Positions 57,916-64,000 of a stretch of DNA of 64,000 nt are shown here, in pieces (the stretch's first letter is position 1; every line of letters begins with the position of its first letter). Source of the stretch: Auanema rhodensis (taxonomy: Eukaryota; Animalia; Nematoda); the NCBI GenBank assembly GCA_964057225.1, contig OZ059897.1, forward strand, positions 992,001-1,056,000. Direction: 5' to 3'. The notes below the pieces were generated by a model, which searched no databases, was not told the DNA's origin, and saw nothing but the letters and a program-made list of their open reading frames with translations. The translations under genes and the position numbers were made by a program.

Positions 57916-58906
57916 TACATTGAGAAACGCTCAATACAAAAATTATTTATGATTGTTTGAAAAAAGATGCATTAGTGTATGTTGAGTTTCCATGTACACT
58001 CAACATTGCTTCCAAAAACATTTTGACAAAAATTTTCCCGAAAAATTTCAAGATAATTTTACAAAAACTAGATGTTTTTAGATATCTTTTTTCAAGGCAA
58101 AGACGATGGACAATGTTATTCAACGAAAAAATTGATTCTTCAGGGTGAAAATCGAGGATATAAGTGTGAACTTATATCAGTTGATATCTCGGTGCATTTT
58201 TAAGCTAACTCAAATCTGATAACACAGATCGACGCAGCTTAAAAATCCGCATCGAATGCACTAAACTACATTGAAAAACGCTCAATACAAAAATTATTTA
58301 TGATTGTTTGAAAAAAGATGCATTAGTGTATGTTGAGTTTCCATGTACACTCAACATTGCTTCCAAAAACATTTTGACAAAAATTTTCCCGAAAAATTTC
58401 AAGATAATTTCACAGAAACTAGATGTTTTTAGATTCCTTTTTTCAAGGCAAAGACGATGGACAATGTTATTCAACGAAAAAATTAATTCTTCAGGGTGAA
58501 AATCGAGGATATAAGTGTGAACTTATATCAGTTGATATCTCGGTGCATTTTTAAGCTAACTCAAATCTGATAACACAGATCGACGCAGCTTAAAAATCCG
58601 TTTCGAATGCACTATACTACATTGAGAAACGCTCAATACAAAAATTATTTATGATTGTTTGAAAAATGATGCATTAGTGTATGTTGAGTTTCCATGTACA
58701 CTCAACATTGCTTCCAAAAACATTTTGACAAAAATTTTCCCGAAAAATTTCAAGATAATTTTACAAAAACTAGATGTTTTTAGATTCCTTTTTTTAAGGC
58801 GAAAACGATGGACAATGTTATTCAACGAAAAAATTGATTCTTCAGGGTGAAAATCGAGGATATAAGTGTGAACTTATATCAGTTGATATCTCGGTGCATT
58901 TTTAAG

Positions 58907-58941
58907 CTAACTCAAATCTGTCAATCTACTCAAATTGTCAA
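58907..58941. other. Inversion (orientation-switch) junction with a 14-bp insert TCAATCTACTCAAA at 58921-58934
   Basis: The forward monomer stops at position 303 (...AACTCAAATCTG, 58920) and the reverse monomer starts at position 114 (58935). The intervening bases match neither continuation. Confidence 0.95.
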
Positions 58942-61900
58942 AATGTTTTTGGAAGCAATGTTGAGTGTACATGGAAACTCAACTTACACTAATGCATCAT
59001 TTTTCAAACAATCATAATTAATTTTTGTATTGAGCGTTTCTCAATGTTATATAGTGCATTCGATGCGGATTTTTAAGCTGCGTCGATCTGTGTTATCAGA
59101 TTTGAGTTAGATTAAAAATGCACCGAGATATCAACTGATATAAGTTCACACTTATATCCTCGATTTTCACCCTAAAGAATTAATTTTTTCGTTGAATAAA
59201 ATTGTCCATCGTCTTTGCCTTGAGAGAAGGAATCTAAGAACATCTAGTTTTTGTAAAAATATCTTGAAATTTTTCGGGAAAATTTTTGTCAAAATGTTTT
59301 TGGAAGCAATGTTGAGTGTACATGGAAACTCAACATACACTAATGCATCATTTTTCAAACAATCATAAATAATTTTTGTATTGAGCGTTTCTCAATGTAG
59401 TATAGTGCATTCGAAACGGATTTTTAAGCTGCGTCGATCTGTGTTATCAGATTTGCGCTAGCTTAAAAATGCACCGAGATATCAACTGATATAAGTTCAC
59501 ACTTATATCCTCGATTTTCACCCTGAAGAATTAATTTTTTCGTTGAATAAAATTGTCCATCGTCTTTGCCTTGAGAAAAGGAATCTAAGAACATCTAGTT
59601 TATGTAAAAATATCTTGAAATTTTTCGGGAAAATTTTTGTCAAAATGTTTTTGGAAGCAATGTTGAGTGTACATGGAAACTCAACATACACTAATGCATC
59701 ATTTTTCAAACAATCATAAATAATTTTTGTATTGAGCGTTATTCAATGTAGTATAATGCATTCGATGCGGATTTTTAAGCTGCGTCGATCTGTGTTATCA
59801 GATTTGAGTTAGCTTAAAAATGCACCGAGATATCAACTGATATAAGTTCACACTTATATCCTCGATTTTCACCCTAAAGAATTAATTTTTTCGTTGAATA
59901 AAATTGTCCATCGTCTTTGCCTTGAGAGAAGGAATCTAAGAACATCTAGTTTTTGTAAAAATATCTTGAAATTTTTCGGGAAAATTTTTGTCAAAATGTT
60001 TTTGGAAGCAATGTTGAGTGTACATGGAAACTCAACATACACTAATGCATCATTTTTCAAACAATCATAAATAATTTTTGTATTGAGCGTTTCTCAATGT
60101 AGTATAATGCATTCGATGCGGATTTTTAAGCTGCGTCGATCTGTGTTATCAGATTTGAGTTAGCTTAAAAATGCACCGAGATATCAACTGATATAAGTTC
60201 ACACTTATATCCTCGATTTTCACCCTGAAGAATTAATTTTTTCGTTGAATAAAATTGTCCATCGTCTTTGCCTTGAGAAAAGGAATCTAAGAACATCTAG
60301 TTTTTGTAAAATTATCTTGAAATTTTTCGGGAAAATTTTTGTCAAAATGTTTTTGGAAGCAATGTTGAGTGTACATGGAAACTCAACATACACTAATGCA
60401 TCATTTTTCAAACAATCATAAATAATTTTTGTATTGAGCGTTTTTCAATGTAGTATAATGCATTCGATGCGGATTTTTAAGCTGCGTCGATCTGTGTTAT
60501 CAGATTTGAGTTAGCTTAAAAATGCACCGAGATATCAACTGATATAAGTTCACACTTATATCCTCGATTTTCACCCTGAAGAATTAATTTTTTCGTTGAA
60601 TAACATTGTCCATTGTCTTCGCCTTGAAAAAAAGAATCTAAAAACAACTAGTTTTTGTAAAATTATCTTGAAATTTTTCGGGAAAATTTTTGTCAAAATG
60701 TTTTTGGAAGCAATGTTGAGTGTACATGGAAACTCAACATACACTAATGCATCATTTTTCAAACAATCATAAATAATTTTTGTATTGAGCGTTTTTCAAT
60801 GTAGTATAATGCATTCGATGCGGATTTTTAAGCTGCGTCGATCTGTGTTATCAGATTTGCGCTAGCTTAAAAATGCACCGAGATATCAACTGATATAAGT
60901 TCACACTTATATCCTCGATTTTCACCCTGAAGAATTAATTTTTTCGTTGAATAAAATTGTCCATCGTCTTTGCCTTGAGAAAAGGAATCTAAGAACATCT
61001 AGTTTATGTAAAAATATCTTGAAATTTTTCGGGAAAATTTTTGTCAAAATGTTTTTGGAAGCAATGTTGAGTGTACATGGAAACTCAACATACACTAATG
61101 CATCATTTTTCAAACAATCATAAATAATTTTTGTATTGAGCGTTATTCAATGTAGTATAATGCATTCGATGCGGATTTTTAAGCTGCGTCGATCTGTGTT
61201 ATCAGATTTGAGTTAGCTTAAAAATGCACCGAGATATCAACTGATATAAGTTCACACTTATATCTTCGATTTTCACCCTGAAGAATTAATTTTTTCGTTG
61301 AAAAACATTGTCCATGGTCTTCGCCTTGAGAAAAGGAATCTAAGAACATCTAGTTTTTGTAAAATTATCTTGAAATTTTTCGGGAAAATTTTTGTCAAAA
61401 TGTTTTTGGAAGCAATGTTGAGTGTACATGGAAACTCAACATACACTAATGCATCATTTTTCAAACAATCATAAATAATTTTTGTATTGAGCGTTATTCA
61501 ATGTAGTATAATGCATTCGATGCGGATTTTTAAGCTGCGTCGATCTGTGTTATCAGATTTGAGTTAGCTTAAAAATGCACCGAGATATCAACTGATATAA
61601 GTTCACACTTATATCCTCGATTTTCACCCTGAAGAATTAATTTTTTCGTTGAATAAAATTGTCCATCGTCTTTGCCTTGAGAAAAGGAATCTAAGAACAT
61701 CTAGTTTATGTAAAAATATCTTGAAATTTTTCGGGAAAATTTTTGTCAAAATGTTTTTGGAAGCAATGTTGAGTGTACATGGAAACTCAACATACACTAA
61801 TGCATCATTTTTCAAACAATCATAAATAATTTTTGTATTGAGCGTTATTCAATGTAGTATAATGCATTCGATGCGGATTTTTAAGCTGCGTCGATCTGTG

Positions 61901-64000
61901 TTATCAGATTTGAGTTAGCTTAAAAATGCACCGAGATATCAACTGATATAAGTTCACACTTATATCCTCGATTTTCACCCTGAAGAATTAATTTTTTCGT
62001 TGAAAAACATTGTCCATGGTCTTCGCCTTGAGAAAAGGAATCTAAGAACATCTAGTTTTTGTAAAATTATCTTGAAATTTTTCGGGAAAATTTTTGTCAA
62101 AATGTTTTTGGAAGCAATGTTGAGTGTACATGGAAACTCAACATACACTAATGCATCATTTTTCAAACAATCATAAATAATTTTTGTATTGAGCGTTTCT
62201 CAATGTAGTATAATGCATTCGATGCGGATTTTTAAGCTGCGTCGATCTGTGTTATCAGATTTGAGTTAGCTTAAAAATGCACCGAGATATCAACTGATAT
62301 AAGTTCACACTTATATCCTCGATTTTCACCCTGAAGAATTAATTTTTTCGTTGAATAAAATTGTCCATCGTCTTTGCCTTGAGAAAAGGAATCTAAGAAC
62401 ATCTAGTTTTTGTAAAATTATCTTGAAATTTTTCGGGAAAATTTTTGTCAAAATGTTTTTGGAAGCAATGTTGAGTGTACATGGAAACTCAACATACACT
62501 AATGCATCATTTTTCAAACAATCATAAATAATTTTTGTATTGAGCGTTTTTCAATGTAGTATAATGCATTCGATGCGGATTTTTAAGCTGCGTCGATCTG
62601 TGTTATCAGATTTGAGTTAGCTTAAAAATGCACCGAGATATCAACTGATATAAGTTCACACTTATATCCTCGATTTTCACCCTGAAGAATTAATTTTTTC
62701 GTTGAATAACATTGTCCATTGTCTTCGCCTTGAAAAAAAGAATCTAAAAACATCTAGTTTTTGTAAAATTATCTTGAAATTTTTCGGGAAAATTTTTGTC
62801 AAAATGTTTTTGGAAGCAATGTTGAGTGTACATGGAAACTCAACATACACTAATGCATCATTTTTCAAACAATCATAAATAATTTTTGTATTGAGCGTTT
62901 TTCAATGTAGTATAATGCATTCGATGCGGATTTTTAAGCTGCGTCGATCTGTGTTATCAGATTTGCGCTAGCTTAAAAATGCACCGAGATATCAACTGAT
63001 ATAAGTTCACACTTATATCCTCGATTTTCACCCTGAAGAATTAATTTTTTCGTTGAATAAAATTGTCCATCGTCTTTGCCTTGAGAAAAGGAATCTAAGA
63101 ACATCTAGTTTATGTAAAAATATCTTGAAATTTTTCGGGAAAATTTTTGTCAAAATGTTTTTGGAAGCAATGTTGAGTGTACATGGAAACTCAACATACA
63201 CTAATGCATCATTTTTCAAACAATCATAAATAATTTTTGTATTGAGCGTTATTCAATGTAGTGTAATGCATTCGATGCGGATTTTTAAGCTGCGTCGATC
63301 TGTGTTATCAGATTTGAGTTAGCTTAAAAATGCACCGAGATATCAACTGATATAAGTTCACACTTATATCCTCGATTTTCACCCTGAAGAATTAATTTTT
63401 TCGTTGAAAAACATTGTCCATGGTCTTCGCCTTGAGAAAAGGAATCTAAGAACATCTAGTTTTTGTAAAATTATCTTGAAATTTTTCGGGAAAATTTTTG
63501 TCAAAATGTTTTTGGAAGCAATGTTGAGTGTACATGGAAACTCAACATACACTAATGCATCATTTTTCAAACAATCATAAATAATTTTTGTATTGAGCGT
63601 TTCTCAATGTAGTATAATGCATTCGATGCGGATTTTTAAGCTGCGTCGATCTGTGTTATCAGATTTGAGTTAGCTTAAAAATGCACCGAGATATCAACTG
63701 ATATAAGTTCACACTTATATCCTCGATTTTCACCCTGAAGAATTAATTTTTTCGTTGAATAAAATTGTCCATCGTCTTTGCCTTGAGAAAAGGAATCTAA
63801 GAACATCTAGTTTTTGTAAAATTATCTTGAAATTTTTCGGGAAAATTTTTGTCAAAATGTTTTTGGAAGCAATGTTGAGTGTACATGGAAACTCAACATA
63901 CACTAATGCATCATTTTTCAAACAATCATAAATAATTTTTGTATTGAGCGTTTTTCAATGTAGTATAATGCATTCGATGCCGATTTTTAAGCTGCGTCGA
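58935..64000 (-). repeat. Same 351-bp satellite in inverted orientation, ~14.4 copies, distinct monomer subfamily (continues beyond the right edge)
   Basis: From 58935 the sequence TTGTCAAAATGTTTTTGGAAGCAATG is the reverse complement of monomer positions 114 downward. Minus-strand ORFs are spaced exactly 351 bp apart (59167...63730). Confidence 0.99.

Larger units (their letters stand above)
1..58920 (+). repeat. Tandem satellite DNA array, 351-bp AT-rich monomer, ~168 head-to-tail copies (continues beyond the left edge)
   Basis: TACATTGAGAAACGCTCAAT... at 1 recurs at 352, 703, etc. ORF-track starts lie at 42+351k throughout, apart from a -1 shift between ~33021 and ~36810. Copies differ by only a few substitutions. 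Confidence 0.99.

Noticed and set aside
58921-58934. Transposon footprint or insertion at the junction
   Set aside because: There are no terminal inverted repeats or clean target-site duplication. The bases are explained by copies of the two flanks.
61975-62020. Hammerhead ribozyme core (CTGAAGA...GAAA...GTC), read on the strand opposite the ORF, as known from some animal satellites
   Set aside because: Stem II cannot form between CTGAAGA and GAAA, GAAA exists only in a minority variant, and stems I and III are at most 2-3 bp. An Infernal search with Rfam hammerhead models would settle it.
42-63921. ~180 copies of a 63-aa ORF (MKKDALVYVEFPCTLNIASK...) as a tandem gene family
   Set aside because: The start is TTG, not ATG. 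Common variants are mostly non-synonymous (K/N, L/S, L/V, S/L, Q/R, R/K, T/I, L/F, E/K, N/D). Some copies have stops (~5760, ~34190) or a lost start (~2499, ~33386). The K/F/I/N-rich composition simply mirrors the A/T tracts, and the non-ORF part of the monomer is equally conserved. No domain is recognisable.
1-64000. CRISPR array or other repeat-spacer system
   Set aside because: The sequence between the palindromes is itself repeated. There are no unique spacers and no cas or other genes.
58921-64000. Inverted arm as a fold-back read or assembly artefact
   Set aside because: It is not a mirror image of the adjacent forward sequence: the SNP subfamily, higher-order structure and phase all differ, and the junction has a structured insert. 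A misjoin still needs to be excluded with reads.

Overview
The whole window is one eukaryotic-type satellite DNA array; I find no credible gene. The monomer is 351 bp and about 69% AT (110/351 G+C counted in the first copy). About 168 head-to-tail copies run on the + strand (1-58920). A 14-bp junction insert follows (58921-58934), then about 14.4 copies in the opposite orientation (58935-64000). The ~180 near-identical 63-aa ORFs are a by-product of the repeat. Four things stand out. (i) The orientation switch carries a templated mini-duplication typical of polymerase-theta/MMEJ-type repair, and both breakpoints fall at hairpin boundaries. (ii) The inverted arm is a different monomer subfamily with its own 4-mer higher-order repeat. 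(iii) The monomer is almost wholly a chain of dyad symmetries, including three perfect 9-11 bp stems. (iv) Monomer length is almost invariant: two 1-bp indels that cancel each other. Diagnostic SNPs also reveal layered higher-order repeats, block duplications, homogenised runs and a short conversion tract. I cannot name the satellite family or the organism from sequence alone, and I see no evidence for a novel protein-coding system.
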